From contig CAVZRV010000007.1 of the NCBI GenBank assembly GCA_963777605.1, forward strand, positions 64,001 through 128,000: a stretch of DNA of 64,000 nt, in the 5' to 3' direction. Under the pieces are notes generated by a model. That model was not told the origin of the DNA and did not search any database. It saw only the letters and a program-made list of their open reading frames with translations. Positions 29,326 through 40,172 of the stretch are shown here, in pieces. This stretch comes from an uncultured Acidobacteriota bacterium. GTDB taxonomy: Bacteria > Acidobacteriota > UBA6911 > RPQK01 > JAPXNP01. Each line of letters starts with the position of its first letter. Position 1 is the first letter of the stretch. The position numbers and the translations under genes were made by a program.

Positions 29326-30750
29326 TTGTTCGAAGGCGACAAGTTCCATGACGAATGTGGGGTCTTCGGGATAGCCGCCCACCACGAGGCGGCACGACAT
29401 ACCTACCTGGGCCTGTATGGCCTGCAACACCGCGGACAGGAATCTGCCGGGATCGTCAGCAGCGATCAAAAGGTGCTTCATCGTTCCCGAGGGATGGGGT
29501 ACGTGGCCGATGTGTTCAAGGAAACCACGCTGGAGCGTTTGAAGGGGAATTACGCCATCGGGCACGTCCGCTACTCAACCTCCGGCGAGAGTGCCAACGT
29601 AAACGCCCAGCCCATTGTGACCGATTCATGGCGTGGTCCGATCGCCATCGCCCACAACGGGAACCTGGTGAATGCGGACGGTCTCCGTCATCGACTGGAA
29701 TCAGACGGGGCTATCTTCCAATCTACGTCAGACACCGAAGTGATCTTGCACCTGCTGGCGAGATCACACAAAGAGGACCTCGACTCGGCACTTGTGGATG
29801 CCTTGGGCTTCGTTCGAGGAGCGTATTCGCTTCTGATGCTGACGCCGCGGGCACTCTATGCGGTGCGTGACCCCTACGGCGTCCGCCCGCTGTGCCTGGG
29901 CAAGTTGAACGGCGCCTATGTCGTCGCGTCTGAAACCTGTGCCTTCGATCTGATTGGTGCCACTTACGTTCGGGACATCGTACCGGGAGAGATCTTGCGG
30001 ATCGAGGGTCCGAACCTGTCGTCGGTTCAGTTGCCTCCCGTTCCGATCCGGGCTCATTGCATCTTCGAGCACGTCTATTTCAGCCGCCCCGACAGCCTCG
30101 TCTTCGAACGAAGCGTTCATAAGAGTCGCCACGAAATGGGCCGCCGCTTGGCGGTGGAGTGCGGGGTTCCGGCCGACGTCGTGGTTCCCGTACCCGACTC
30201 GGGCGTCACTGCGGCCCTCGGCTATGCGGAAGAATCGGGAATCCCCTTCGATTTTGGGCTCATTCGCAACCACTACGTCGGCAGAACCTTCATCGAACCG
30301 AAGCAGTCGATCCGCCACTTCGGCGTCAAGATCAAGCTGAACCCGGTCAAGGAGATCCTGGACGGTCGGCGTGTCATCCTCATCGACGACTCCATCGTTC
30401 GGGGAACCACCAGCCGCAAGATCGTCGAGATGGTGCGCTCAGCCGGAGCCAGTGAAGTCCACCTCAGGATCAGTTCGCCTCCGACGGTCGGTCCCTGTCA
30501 TTACGGTATCGACACCCCGACTTGCTCGGAACTGATTGCGAACAACAAGACCATCAGGGAAATCGAGAAGTTCACGACGGCCGACACACTCGGCTACCTC
30601 TCGATAGAAGGTCTGCGCAAGGCCGTCGACGCCGACTCTGATTTCTGTGCTGCCTGTTTCGACCGCAACTACCTGATCCCGTTGCAGCCTTCAACCCAGC
30701 AGCGGGAACTGTTCACGATGGATGAACTCGAACGGGCTAAACAGTGTTGA
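29326..30750 (+). CDS. purF: Amidophosphoribosyltransferase
   Basis: [23 protein letters not shown]. Confidence 0.97.
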   Translation: MFEGDKFHDECGVFGIAAHHEAARHTYLGLYGLQHRGQESAGIVSSDQKVLHRSRGMGYVADVFKETTLERLKGNYAIGHVRYSTSGESANVNAQPIVTDSWRGPIAIAHNGNLVNADGLRHRLESDGAIFQSTSDTEVILHLLARSHKEDLDSALVDALGFVRGAYSLLMLTPRALYAVRDPYGVRPLCLGKLNGAYVVASETCAFDLIGATYVRDIVPGEILRIEGPNLSSVQLPPVPIRAHCIFEHVYFSRPDSLVFERSVHKSRHEMGRRLAVECGVPADVVVPVPDSGVTAALGYAEESGIPFDFGLIRNHYVGRTFIEPKQSIRHFGVKIKLNPVKEILDGRRVILIDDSIVRGTTSRKIVEMVRSAGASEVHLRISSPPTVGPCHYGIDTPTCSELIANNKTIREIEKFTTADTLGYLSIEGLRKAVDADSDFCAACFDRNYLIPLQPSTQQRELFTMDELERAKQC

Positions 30751-30780
30751 AGGCTAGGCCAGCGGGCAGAACCCGGTCGA

Positions 30781-30945
30781 CCCCTCCCCCGCGCCGGACC
30801 ATTCAGAGAGTGAAATTGTTTTCGAATCGGGAAGCGGGAATGACCCCCACACCGAAGAGAGATGGGCCGCGATCGCGTTGGAAGCACCCGGTTTTCGTCA
30901 TTCGACAACCATTCTCGATGCTCGCTTCTCGATTCCCGATTCCTC
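30781..30945 (+). repeat. Dispersed intergenic repeat, copy 1 (heptamer-rich)
   Basis: 30908-30945 is 36/38 identical to the reverse complement of 40173-40210; left end resembles the reverse complement of 40449-40488. Confidence 0.75.
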
Positions 30946-31003
30946 CCCCGGTCTCCCGGCAGGTGGCTTCGGCCGCGGCGACAAGCTGGAAGCAGGCCCT
31001 ACC

Positions 31004-31621
31004 CTATGCTTCAGCCCCGGTCCTGACGCAGGTCCGTCCCTCGATCCGATAGCGTCCCTCGCAGACGATCTTGAGCGCAGCCGGATAGATCCGGTGTTCC
31101 TGCTCCAGGATACGGGCTGAAAGCCGATCTTCGTCGTCATCGTCCCGGACCTCGACCGCCTGCTGGATGATGATCGGACCGTGGTCGAGTTCTTCGTCCA
31201 CGAAGTGAACGGTGCAGCCGGTCACCTTGGCACCCCAGTCGAGCGCCTGCTTCTGGGCATGCAGGCCCGGGAACGAGGGCAGCAGCGAGGGATGGATATT
31301 GAGAATCCGCTGCCGGAACCGGCGAATAAAAAACGGACTGAGCAGTCGCATGAACCCGGCCAGGCAAACGAACTCCACTCCCGCATCCGTGAGCGCCTGC
31401 ACGACCGCTCGGTCGAACTCCTCCCGCTCCCGCCCTTTCGACGGGATAAAGCGGGCTTCGTAGCCACATTCACGGGCGTGCGCAAGGCCGGGGGCCGCTT
31501 CCCTGTTTGAAACGACCATCGCGATTCGGGCCGGGATCTCGCCACGCTCGATCGCGTCCGATATCGCCCGGAAATTTGATCCGCGACCACTCAGGAGGAT
31601 GCCGACCTGTTTAACGCTCAT
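31004..31621 (-). CDS. purN: Phosphoribosylglycinamide formyltransferase
   Basis: SGRGSN, LAGFMR, NIHPSLLP, GCTVHFV. Confidence 0.96.
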   Translation of the reverse strand: MSVKQVGILLSGRGSNFRAISDAIERGEIPARIAMVVSNREAAPGLAHARECGYEARFIPSKGREREEFDRAVVQALTDAGVEFVCLAGFMRLLSPFFIRRFRQRILNIHPSLLPSFPGLHAQKQALDWGAKVTGCTVHFVDEELDHGPIIIQQAVEVRDDDDEDRLSARILEQEHRIYPAALKIVCEGRYRIEGRTCVRTGAEA

Positions 31622-32665
31622 TCGTAAACCACCTTTCCGCCTCCGGGCCGGGTCCGGCCGATTTCGTAGCACTTCTGCCCACCGGCATCGAGAGAGTTCA
31701 GGACCGTCTCCGCGTTTTCAGGAGAAACGGCCAGGATCATCCCGATTCCCATGTTGAAGGTCCGGAACATCTCGGACTCATCCACGTTTCCACGAGCCTG
31801 GATGAACTGGAAGATCGGCAAAACATCCCACGTCCCCCGCCGAATCACCGCGTCCACACCCGAGGGCAGGACCCGATCCAGATTCTCCGTCATGCCTCCC
31901 CCGGTAATGTGGGCGATCGCATTGAGGAGGCCACCCTCAATCAGGGGTTTGACAACGCCCAGGTAGTTCCGGTGAGGTTCCAGCAGTTCCTCACCGACCG
32001 TCCGCCCAAATTCGTCAATGTGGGTGTTCTACGTCGAGCTTTTCCTGCTGGAAGAAGAGTCGGCGGACGAGCGAATAGCCGTTGGTGTGGAGTCCGGAGG
32101 ACGCCAGTCCGATCAGAACGTCACCGGAACCGACCCGATCCGGAGTAAATACCTTCCCTTGATCGGCAATCCCGACGATAAAGCCGGCCAGGTCATATTC
32201 GCCCGCCTGGTAGAAGTCCGGCATTTCGGCCGTCTCTCCACCCAGCAGGACACACTGGGACTGCTTGCAGCCTTCCGCCAGTCCTTCGACCACTTGCTCG
32301 ATGACCGCAGGTTCGAGTCGGCCGGTTGCGATGTAGTCCAGGAAGAAGAGGGGCATGGCGCCGAGGACCAGAATGTCATCGGTACAGTGAGACACGATGT
32401 CGATCCCGACCGTGTTGTGGATCCCCGTCATGAATGCAATCTTCAGTTTGGTTCCGACCCCGTCGGCACTGGCCAGCAGAACCGGGCTGGCCATTCCGGA
32501 AAGCTCCGGTCGGAAGACTCCGGCGAAGCTGCCGATCTCCGTCAGCACGCCGGAATTGAATGTCGAGCGGGCAAGTTCCTTGATGCGCTTCTTGGCACGA
32601 TTGGCGGCATCGATATCGACACCGGACTGGCTGTAGGTCAGTCCGGATCCTGGTTTGGAAGTCAC
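31618..32665 (-). pseudogene. purM: AIR synthase with a frameshift near 32025 (likely sequencing error)
   Basis: YSQSGVDI, DGVGTK, GGETAEMP, SSGLHTNGYSL; then AHITGGG and TFNMGIG in another frame. Confidence 0.92.
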
Positions 32666-32776
32666 GTTGATTCTCCTTCTCGAAAGCAGGCGCCATGTTA
32701 ATACGCGCACCGCACTCCAGCAACCTTTCCCAATGATTATCCACCCGATTGTGCTACCCTATCGCGTCTAGAGTTC

Positions 32777-35578
32777 ATGCCGCTGAAGGAAATCGCGATC
32801 CCGCTCAGAGAAGTGTTGCGTCTCCGGCCCGAGCAGCGAAACTCCGTCCTGCTGCTGGCGGCTTACTTCTTTCTCGCCCTGGCTTCGGTCAGCCAGGTCA
32901 AGTCGATTCAAAACGCCGTCTACCTGAGTAAGATCGGGTTCGATTGGCGCCTGCCCAGCCTCTACCTGACTCTCGCAGTTCTCGCAGGACCAATTGTCCT
33001 CATCTACCGTTACCTGGCGAAAAGGCTCTCCCACCTTTTGATTACCAGCCTGACGATCGTCACGCTCGGAACCGGGCTCGCCCTCTTCTGGTCGATCATC
33101 AGCCGGGACGGCAATAGTGTCTGGACCTACCAAGCCTTCTACCTCTGGGGGGCAATCTTTACTGTCCTGGTACCGACGCAGGGCTGGCTCTTCTCGTACC
33201 AACTATTCCCTCCCCGAACCGCAAAACACGCTTTCGTAATCCTGGGAGCGGGAGGAGTTCTTGGAGGCGCCGTCGGGGGCTACTATACAGCCCTGACCGC
33301 GCCGCTGTTCGGTACCCGCGGACTGTTGCTTCACGTCATGGGGATCCTGATCGTGCTCCAGTTCATCCTCTGCGGTGTCTCCTGGCTGAATCGAAAGGCT
33401 GCAGGGTCTCATCTTCGCCTTTCCCGCCCGGAGGCCGGTGCGGAGCGGGTCAATCCCCTGCGAGCCATCACGAAGTCGCGACTCATGACCCGTTTTGTCC
33501 TGGTCATCCTTCTGACGGGATTGGCCAGCACCCTGATCGATCTTCAGTACAAGTGGGCACTGGAGTTTCGTTACGCAGGTTCAGAGGCCTCCATCACCCA
33601 GTTTTTCGGTGGGCTGATCGGGACCACGTTCGTTCTCTCCGCAGTCGCCCAGTTGCTTGGAACCGGATGGGTGCTGCGCCGGTTTGGATTGGGTGTCGGA
33701 CTCGTCGTCCTCCCGGTCGCTCTCCTGGCGGGCGCCTTCGGAGTTGTTGCCACTGCCGCATTCTGGTCCATCGTTTTCGCCAAGGGCATCGACGGCACGC
33801 TTCGGACGTCCATCGAGCAAACGAGTGTCGAACTCCTTTACGTCCCGGTCGGCGATCGCCAGACGATTCCCCTCAAGAGTTTCATGGAACTGGTGGTATT
33901 TCGCATCGGCGACGGACTCGGGGCAGCGTTCTTCCTGGTGGCGGCCAGCATCGGAGTGGAGAGCATCCGGATCGCCGGGGCGATCGTGGTCGTCACTGCA
34001 ATCCTCTGGATCGTGGCAGCGCTCCAGATTTCGGATGAGTACGCGAACCTGCTCCGAAGAAGTCTCGAAAGAATGGGGCCCCAAGCCGGGCGGCGCGCGA
34101 TCATGCTCAGCGAAGCGACTGCCGAGCAGACTATCGTCACGGCACTGGCGAGTCAGAACCCGAGGAAGATCCGATCCGCCCTTCAACTGCTGGTCTTGCA
34201 GAAGCCAGAGTATCAAGTCGCTGACTTCTCTTCTCTCGACTTTTCGGGAGAGATGGTCACCTTGGACGTCTCAGGAGCCTACTCGGCAAGACTGGCTCCT
34301 CCCCGCTGGCTGCGCCCGGTTCGCGGTCTGACCCGCCACGACGATCCAGAAGTTGCCGCACTTGCCCAATTCCTGATGATTCGAAACGGAGTTCATGGTT
34401 TCGTGCGTCGACTCCGGATCAGTCTTCACTCGAACCGCATCCCCTCGGCGAGGGATCTCATCTACCTCGAGCGCTATGCCGAGAACCCGGCGGAAATGCT
34501 CTCCCCGGAAACGGCCCTGCAATGGTGTGAATCGGCAACCGAACAGGAATCACTGCTGCTGGCCTCCGTTTTCGGTGCCACGCAAGATCGTTCATATCGC
34601 CCGATCCTGCTTCGTTGGGCCGCGGAAGGGAGTTTGGCCCGCCGGAGGGCAGCCCTTGTCGCGATCGGAAACATCCACGATCCCTCCGACCAGGCACTCC
34701 TCGTCGGCCAACTCTCCGAGAACTGGAGCCGGCGGGCTGCTGTTCGTGCACTTTCTCGATACGGTGACTCCATCCTGGAGCGACTCTCTGAGTCTCTTCG
34801 CAGCCCCAGCCTGGACATCCGAGCAAAGAGAGAAATTCCGTCGATCCTCGCCAGCATCGATTCCAGCCGATCCCGTGGACTTCTCGTCTCCGCCCTCTAC
34901 AGTCACGACTCGAAAGTGGCCTACCGCGCCCTCAGAGAGATGAACCGGATCCGCGATCGTGGTAGCGATCTGTCCTACAGCGGGGAGTCGTTTCTGCCGC
35001 TTCTTCAGATTTGGGCCCGGGAATACTACGGGCTCCTGAACATGGATCTCGTTCTCCGCGCCCATGGATCGTCGGCCTCACGACTCCTGCAGAAGGCGCT
35101 CAAGGAGCACATCAACTCGGCGATCGAGAAGATCTTCCGCGGCCTGGACCTCTTTCTGCCCCACGGGGACGCATATTTCTCTTACCTGGGGTTCACCAGT
35201 CCCCACAATGAGCTGAGGGAAAATGCGATCGAGTTGATCGACTCCCGGGTCAGGGGCGAACTTCGGCAGACGCTCCTGCCGATATTCTCGGAGATCCACC
35301 CCTGTGACGTGGTCCGGAAGGGGCGGGAGATCTTCAAACTCCCCTCCGACCCGGAGTCGGTTCTGGCCGAGGCCTTCTTTCAGGTAGATCCGTGGCTCAA
35401 ATGCTGTACTATCGGTGCGGTTGCCTGCGAGCGAATCGCCGGACTCAAGGATCTGGTGCGGCAGGCATGTGACGACATCAACCCCCTGGTAAGGGAGACT
35501 GCCCAATGGGCCTTGCGCACCTGGGACGAACAGAAGGCTGCTCCCGGAGAATCCATCTTCCATGCTGACGGTATTTGA
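32777..35578 (+). CDS. Npt1/Npt2 (NTT/TLC)-like MFS nucleotide transporter fused to HEAT repeats
   Basis: About 12 TM N-terminal domain with ELLYVPV...KSFMELVVFRIGDGLG; C-terminal HEAT-like repeats. Confidence 0.78.
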   Translation: MPLKEIAIPLREVLRLRPEQRNSVLLLAAYFFLALASVSQVKSIQNAVYLSKIGFDWRLPSLYLTLAVLAGPIVLIYRYLAKRLSHLLITSLTIVTLGTGLALFWSIISRDGNSVWTYQAFYLWGAIFTVLVPTQGWLFSYQLFPPRTAKHAFVILGAGGVLGGAVGGYYTALTAPLFGTRGLLLHVMGILIVLQFILCGVSWLNRKAAGSHLRLSRPEAGAERVNPLRAITKSRLMTRFVLVILLTGLASTLIDLQYKWALEFRYAGSEASITQFFGGLIGTTFVLSAVAQLLGTGWVLRRFGLGVGLVVLPVALLAGAFGVVATAAFWSIVFAKGIDGTLRTSIEQTSVELLYVPVGDRQTIPLKSFMELVVFRIGDGLGAAFFLVAASIGVESIRIAGAIVVVTAILWIVAALQISDEYANLLRRSLERMGPQAGRRAIMLSEATAEQTIVTALASQNPRKIRSALQLLVLQKPEYQVADFSSLDFSGEMVTLDVSGAYSARLAPPRWLRPVRGLTRHDDPEVAALAQFLMIRNGVHGFVRRLRISLHSNRIPSARDLIYLERYAENPAEMLSPETALQWCESATEQESLLLASVFGATQDRSYRPILLRWAAEGSLARRRAALVAIGNIHDPSDQALLVGQLSENWSRRAAVRALSRYGDSILERLSESLRSPSLDIRAKREIPSILASIDSSRSRGLLVSALYSHDSKVAYRALREMNRIRDRGSDLSYSGESFLPLLQIWAREYYGLLNMDLVLRAHGSSASRLLQKALKEHINSAIEKIFRGLDLFLPHGDAYFSYLGFTSPHNELRENAIELIDSRVRGELRQTLLPIFSEIHPCDVVRKGREIFKLPSDPESVLAEAFFQVDPWLKCCTIGAVACERIAGLKDLVRQACDDINPLVRETAQWALRTWDEQKAAPGESIFHADGI

Positions 35579-36020
35579 AAAAGTCCTGATTCTGCAGGAC
35601 CTGGAGTTTTTCTCCTTCGCCAATACCGAACACCTGGCGGAGTTTGCTGCCCGCTGCCGCGTCCTCGACGTGGAAAAGGGTTCCGTTCTATTCCGGCAGG
35701 GAGACCCGGGCAATGCTCTGCACATCGTCACCTTCGGGCGGGTCAGCCTGGAGCGGGACGGGCAACCGCTCGAGATCGTCGAAAACGATTGTCTGGGTTG
35801 CTGGTCCGTGCTTTCCGAAGGTCCCTGCGAGTACACCGCCTGCACGGAAGACCGCTGTACCCTCCTGGTGATTTCCTTCGAGGACCTGGTTGACTACTTC
35901 ACCACGGAACCTGAATTCAGCTGGGCGATCATGAAACACTTGGCCCGAAGGAGGCTCAAGGGAAATCGACTTGCCGGCGGAAGCCCAAAGAGAATGCGAC
36001 CGGCAGACAAGTCGCGCTGA
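35562..36020 (+). CDS. Cyclic nucleotide-binding domain protein
   Basis: EKVLILQ..EFF and LFRQGDPGNALHIV..GRV; overlaps the NTT-HEAT gene. Confidence 0.85.
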   Translation: MLTVFEKVLILQDLEFFSFANTEHLAEFAARCRVLDVEKGSVLFRQGDPGNALHIVTFGRVSLERDGQPLEIVENDCLGCWSVLSEGPCEYTACTEDRCTLLVISFEDLVDYFTTEPEFSWAIMKHLARRRLKGNRLAGGSPKRMRPADKSR

Positions 36021-36030
36021 GATGTCTCGC

Positions 36031-37277
36031 TTAGGTCCTTACTGGGCATTGGCGGCTAGGACCGGAAGGGGCAGACAGCGTCCCGGCTCGGGAGTTCTCT
36101 TTCGGTCGCGTAAACGGAGCGAGTCGCGAATCCTGGATCACGAGAGCCGAGGGTTCCAGCGTGTCGATGAGGTAGAGGCGATCGTCAAACCGGGTTGCGA
36201 TCCGATTTTCTCCCACCACTGTGTGGGCAGCGACGAACCTCCTCGCATCGTACCTGCGCAGGATGCCGGCAATCGCTTTGGTCCCCTCTTCATCCGTCCA
36301 CGTGGCGTAGCCGCGAAACCAGAGCGGACCTTCCGGACTCATACTCAACCAGACCCCATCTTCAGAAAGTCCTGCAGAGCCCGCGTCAGTTGCTCACGAC
36401 CGCCCGTCCCCACTCCGAGCCGGCCCCACGGTCCCTTCCTGTTCATCAGGTTGACTTGTCGATTCACGAACCGAAATGTGTCGCCGAGAGTCGAAGTCGT
36501 ATCGATTACCCGATAGCTGACCAGGGTCTTCCGCAGCGCATCGTGAAGTTCGCGCTCTTTCGCCACTTCCCGGTTCAGTTCATCCAGGTCCATTTTGGCC
36601 AGGGAGGGACGGATCCCGCCGTGGATAAAGATGGAGTCACCGATCTTGACAACTGCAGGAAGCCTCCTGAGCCATCTCCCGTAAGTACCCTCCGGCCCCA
36701 TGGCTTCCAGGTACTCCACAAAACCAGGAGGGTGGCCCTCGAACCAGGTCTTCTTCAACACGGACGGATCAACTGCCTCAAAATCTCCGTACCGTTCCGC
36801 CCGGTGCTTCCGCCACTTCAGGAATTGCTTGAAGGCACTGGCCCGTCTCTGCTCCGAACCTTCGTCGGCGAAGGAGCTGTACGCCTCGGTCGATACATAG
36901 CGGTAGTCGCCGACGATGTTCATCATTTCGTGGTTGCCCATCAGGACGATGACCTGTCCACCCTGGCGAGGTGCTTCCTCCTGCAACTTCATCAAGAGGT
37001 CCATGGTCTCCCGGACGCGGGCTCCGCGATCGGTGAAGTCTCCCAATTGCACAAAGACACTTCGACCACCCGCCCAGTGCAGGGAGTCATCGACCAGTCC
37101 GGTCTTCTGCAGCATTGTCGAGAGGGAGATAAAGTCCCCGTGGACGTCGCCCATGGACACGATACGCTCGGGGTTGATGGAGTCTCCAGAGGCCCGGAGT
37201 TCACCGCCGGCAATCCAACCTGCGATCGCCAAAATCGCGCACACCAATAGTTTCGGAGCCTTTGAACTGCGCCGCAC
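36031..37277 (-). pseudogene. Secreted calcineurin-like (Shewanella-like) metallophosphoesterase with a frameshift near 36350
   Basis: Signal peptide; GDVHGD, GDFTDRG, GNHE, HGG; then GPLWFRG and IDT in another frame. Confidence 0.82.
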
Positions 37278-37415
37278 GGCCTAAAGTGGCCCCCTTCCAC
37301 AGAGAATGGGAGTAGTCTAGCAGAAACTCACCCTCACCACGGAAGAATCGGTGACACGCCCAGATTTCGATCGCAAATATAGGCGGATAAAGCGAAAAAT
37401 CGGAGGTCTGGCACC

Positions 37416-37457
37416 AAAAAGAAAACGCCGGGGCAAGTTCAGACTCGCCCCGGGCGT
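37416..37457 (-). terminator. Rho-independent terminator after the second ECF operon
   Basis: Minus strand ACGCCCGGGGCGAG-loop-CTTGCCCCGGCGT followed by TTTCTTTTT. Confidence 0.75.
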
Positions 37458-37563
37458 CAGAACTCACGCCTGGAGGATTCCACCCACTGCACAGGAAGGT
37501 CCGACGGCGCTTGATCAGGGGGGGCAAACGCAATCCCCGGCCCCGCCTGGCTTCGGAGCCGGT

Positions 37564-38535
37564 TCAGTACTTCTGTATGCGCGAATCAAACTCCGAACGG
37601 CTGATTCGACCCGCCTTCAGTTCGCGCACATCGGAAACCTTCACACTGAGGATTTCGACCGTCTGCTCGTCTAACGAATTCCCAAAGAAAACTCCCGGTT
37701 CGTTCGATCCAATCAGCACGAAGTTGATGTGCTCGTTCACTCCGACTTCGGGCATCGAGTCCCCATGACGAGCGAACACGTCAATCAGAGCCGTTTCCAG
37801 GCTCTGCCGGCGCTCCTCAGCTTCCGCCCTGGCCTGTGCCTGCTTCTCCTTTACTTCCTGGAGCCGTTTCTGCATTTCGGCCACCCGCTCCGTAACATCA
37901 CGGTCAGTCAGTTCAGGTTGACTTCGGGAACCGCGCGCTCCGGCAGGGGCCGGTGGCGCTGGCGGTGACGCCGGAGTGGGAGCCACGGCCGGAACCGGCG
38001 CCACTGCGGGTGCCGGTGGCTCGGGCGGTTCCGGAGCTGGAGGAATATCGAATGCGAGATCCACATCGGACGGGGCCAGCGCCTCCATCTCGGCCCGGTG
38101 CTCCTCGATTGCCCTTCGCTGGTCCTCGAACTGCTCGACCTGGGCCTGGAGCAGTTGGAGTTGGGCTCGCATCAGTTCACGACTTTCGCCTCGCTCGAGC
38201 CTTGTCAACCGGGTTTCGACACCTTCCAGCCTGGGCAGATCGAGTTCCGGGGTCTGGGGAACCCGGATGGTAAATACTGCCCCCTGCCCGCGAAGATAGA
38301 AGCCCTCCACACCACTCGCTTCCCAACCGACCACGTAAGGCCCCCGACTTCGGCGATCGCCGTTCTCGTAGGACAGTGTCGTCGAGATGATTCCCTTCAT
38401 CACCTCGATATCGCGACTGATGGCCGGCTGACTCGGATTCGAAGACTGGGCAAGACTGCTTCCCGCAAAAGCGACAGGCACCAGAACGAATAAACCAACG
38501 AAAATGATTGACGCTTTGTATTTGTATGACATCAT
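37564..38535 (-). CDS. Exported coiled-coil protein with a Pro/Ala-rich linker
   Basis: Signal peptide; GFYLRGQGAVF; PPAPEPPEPPAP tract; third gene of the ECF operon. Confidence 0.75.
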   Translation of the reverse strand: MMSYKYKASIIFVGLFVLVPVAFAGSSLAQSSNPSQPAISRDIEVMKGIISTTLSYENGDRRSRGPYVVGWEASGVEGFYLRGQGAVFTIRVPQTPELDLPRLEGVETRLTRLERGESRELMRAQLQLLQAQVEQFEDQRRAIEEHRAEMEALAPSDVDLAFDIPPAPEPPEPPAPAVAPVPAVAPTPASPPAPPAPAGARGSRSQPELTDRDVTERVAEMQKRLQEVKEKQAQARAEAEERRQSLETALIDVFARHGDSMPEVGVNEHINFVLIGSNEPGVFFGNSLDEQTVEILSVKVSDVRELKAGRISRSEFDSRIQKY

Positions 38536-39329
38536 CTGGCTCCTTGACGTCCGTCGCTGCGGTTGTCCGCAATTTCGGTGAGGGTTTCAATAATGGCGGT
38601 CGACTGTCCCGCCTGATAACGATTGAATGCTGCGAAACGGCTCAGCACCTGCCGGATCTGGGCAGCATCGGTCCGTCGCTGCTCCGTGAGCAAGTCAACG
38701 GATTCCCCAAGCGCGGTGGTGAACGAGACCTTCAGGTTCTCTTCCTGTGACTCCAGCCGGCCCTCAAATTGTTTCTCCAGGGCGGTCATCGCGAGTTCAA
38801 AGGAAGCACGGTCATCCTGGGACCCCTTCTTCACCAACCCCTCGACTTCGTCTCGAAGCTGGGAAATCCACTGCCGGTTCTCCTCCTGCACGACGGCACG
38901 GATTGCGGCGGTCAGTTCCTCCTGGGACTTCCTCTCGGCTGCCGCCTGGTCGATGGAGCCAAAGTTGACGGCAATCGAGCCGGAACCGACCTCCACTCTT
39001 ACCTGGGAAAGCAACAGGACCAGGGCAATGCCGAATCCGACCAGGAGGAGCGAGGCGAAGGCCCACCTCCAGCCCTGTGAGAGTCCGCTCAGCGGGTTCC
39101 AGGCGGTTCGCTTCCGGGGCAGGTCCTCGTAGACGAAGAAGTGTTGTGGGGCGGGTTCGTCCCTGAGTTCCGAAAGCCCCCCCCAGGTCGCCTCCAGCTC
39201 CGACTGCTCGCGGGAACAGGCTCCGCATTGCGCGAGGTGATTCTTGAGTTCGTCCCGGCGACCGGGATCGAGTTCGCCCGCCAGGTCTTCCTTCAACCAT
39301 TCCCGGTACTGCTCACATGCTTCTTTCAT
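38532..39329 (-). CDS. zf-HC2 transmembrane anti-sigma factor
   Basis: HLAQCGAC motif; single TM; helical periplasmic part. Confidence 0.85.
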   Translation of the reverse strand: MKEACEQYREWLKEDLAGELDPGRRDELKNHLAQCGACSREQSELEATWGGLSELRDEPAPQHFFVYEDLPRKRTAWNPLSGLSQGWRWAFASLLLVGFGIALVLLLSQVRVEVGSGSIAVNFGSIDQAAAERKSQEELTAAIRAVVQEENRQWISQLRDEVEGLVKKGSQDDRASFELAMTALEKQFEGRLESQEENLKVSFTTALGESVDLLTEQRRTDAAQIRQVLSRFAAFNRYQAGQSTAIIETLTEIADNRSDGRQGAR

Positions 39330-39955
39330 ATCGTCGACTGCTCCAACCCGCCAAGGCGGGACTTGAGAATCTCGAGGGCCGCGTAGAAACGTGACTTCAC
39401 CGTGCTTTCGGGCAGGCCCAGAATCTGGGAAATCTCCTGAAAGGTCTCCTCCTGGTAGAACTTGAGTTCCACGACCAGGCGCTGCTGGGGAGAGAGCGCA
39501 ATCAGAGAATCGAGGACCCGGCGCCGGCGTTCTCGCCGATAAATCCGCGCTTCCTGTTCCTGCCGTGTGAAGATCTGGTGGCTACCCTCCGGCAATTCAT
39601 CGAAAGGATGGGACGGAGGCGGCCGTCGTCGAAGCCGGGTCAGACAGTGATTGACGGCGACGCGGTACAGCCAGGTTGAGAAGCGGGCATCCTCCCGGAA
39701 GTTGGCGAGACTTCTGAAAACCGAGAGGAACACCTCCTGTGTCACCTCGGCCGCCTCCTCCCGGTCGTTGAGCGTGCGCAGGACCAGGTTGTAGATCTTC
39801 TGCTCCCACTTCAGGACCAGCCGGTTGAAAGCCCGGTGGTCTCCGTCTCGGGCGGCGCGTACCCACAACAGGTCCTGCTCGGCCTCTTCGGACGAAGCGC
39901 TTCTACGGGCACTCGATTCCAGCACGTCTTCCACCTTCTGATCCTCCAATTCCAT
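39326..39955 (-). CDS. ECF sigma-70 factor
   Basis: AAEVTQEVF, FSTWLYRVAVN, ESTVKSR. Confidence 0.93.
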   Translation of the reverse strand: MELEDQKVEDVLESSARRSASSEEAEQDLLWVRAARDGDHRAFNRLVLKWEQKIYNLVLRTLNDREEAAEVTQEVFLSVFRSLANFREDARFSTWLYRVAVNHCLTRLRRRPPPSHPFDELPEGSHQIFTRQEQEARIYRRERRRRVLDSLIALSPQQRLVVELKFYQEETFQEISQILGLPESTVKSRFYAALEILKSRLGGLEQSTI

Positions 39956-39990
39956 TCCCTGCTTCTGTCCCCATTAGACGACGGAATGGG

Positions 39991-40011
39991 GAAATTAGTC
40001 GGACTAATTTC
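39991..40011. promoter_or_regulatory. Perfect 21-bp palindrome (putative operator) upstream of the ECF gene
   Basis: GAAATTAGTC-G-GACTAATTTC. Confidence 0.55.
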
Positions 40012-40172
40012 TTGGCGGGCCTGTAAGGATTGGACGAGTTGGAAGAACCAGCGCGGTCGGTTGCAGTGTAATCCAGGCAGCAATGCCTGGCATGTCGCCC
40101 GGGCAGCTTGCCCGGCGATTCTCGTGCTGACCTGAAACTTCGCCGACTGGACCCATGTCCTGACTGCACCGC

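Noticed and set aside
32737-32745. Single DnaA-like box TTATCCACC upstream of purM
   Set aside because: One mismatched copy is expected by chance
37460-37560. Riboswitch-like sequence (GGCAAAC) near the terminator
   Set aside because: Lacks the rest of the c-di-GMP-I or fluoride consensus
37940-38045. Repeat-like GC-rich tract
   Set aside because: Encodes a Pro/Ala-rich linker and is not a DNA repeat element
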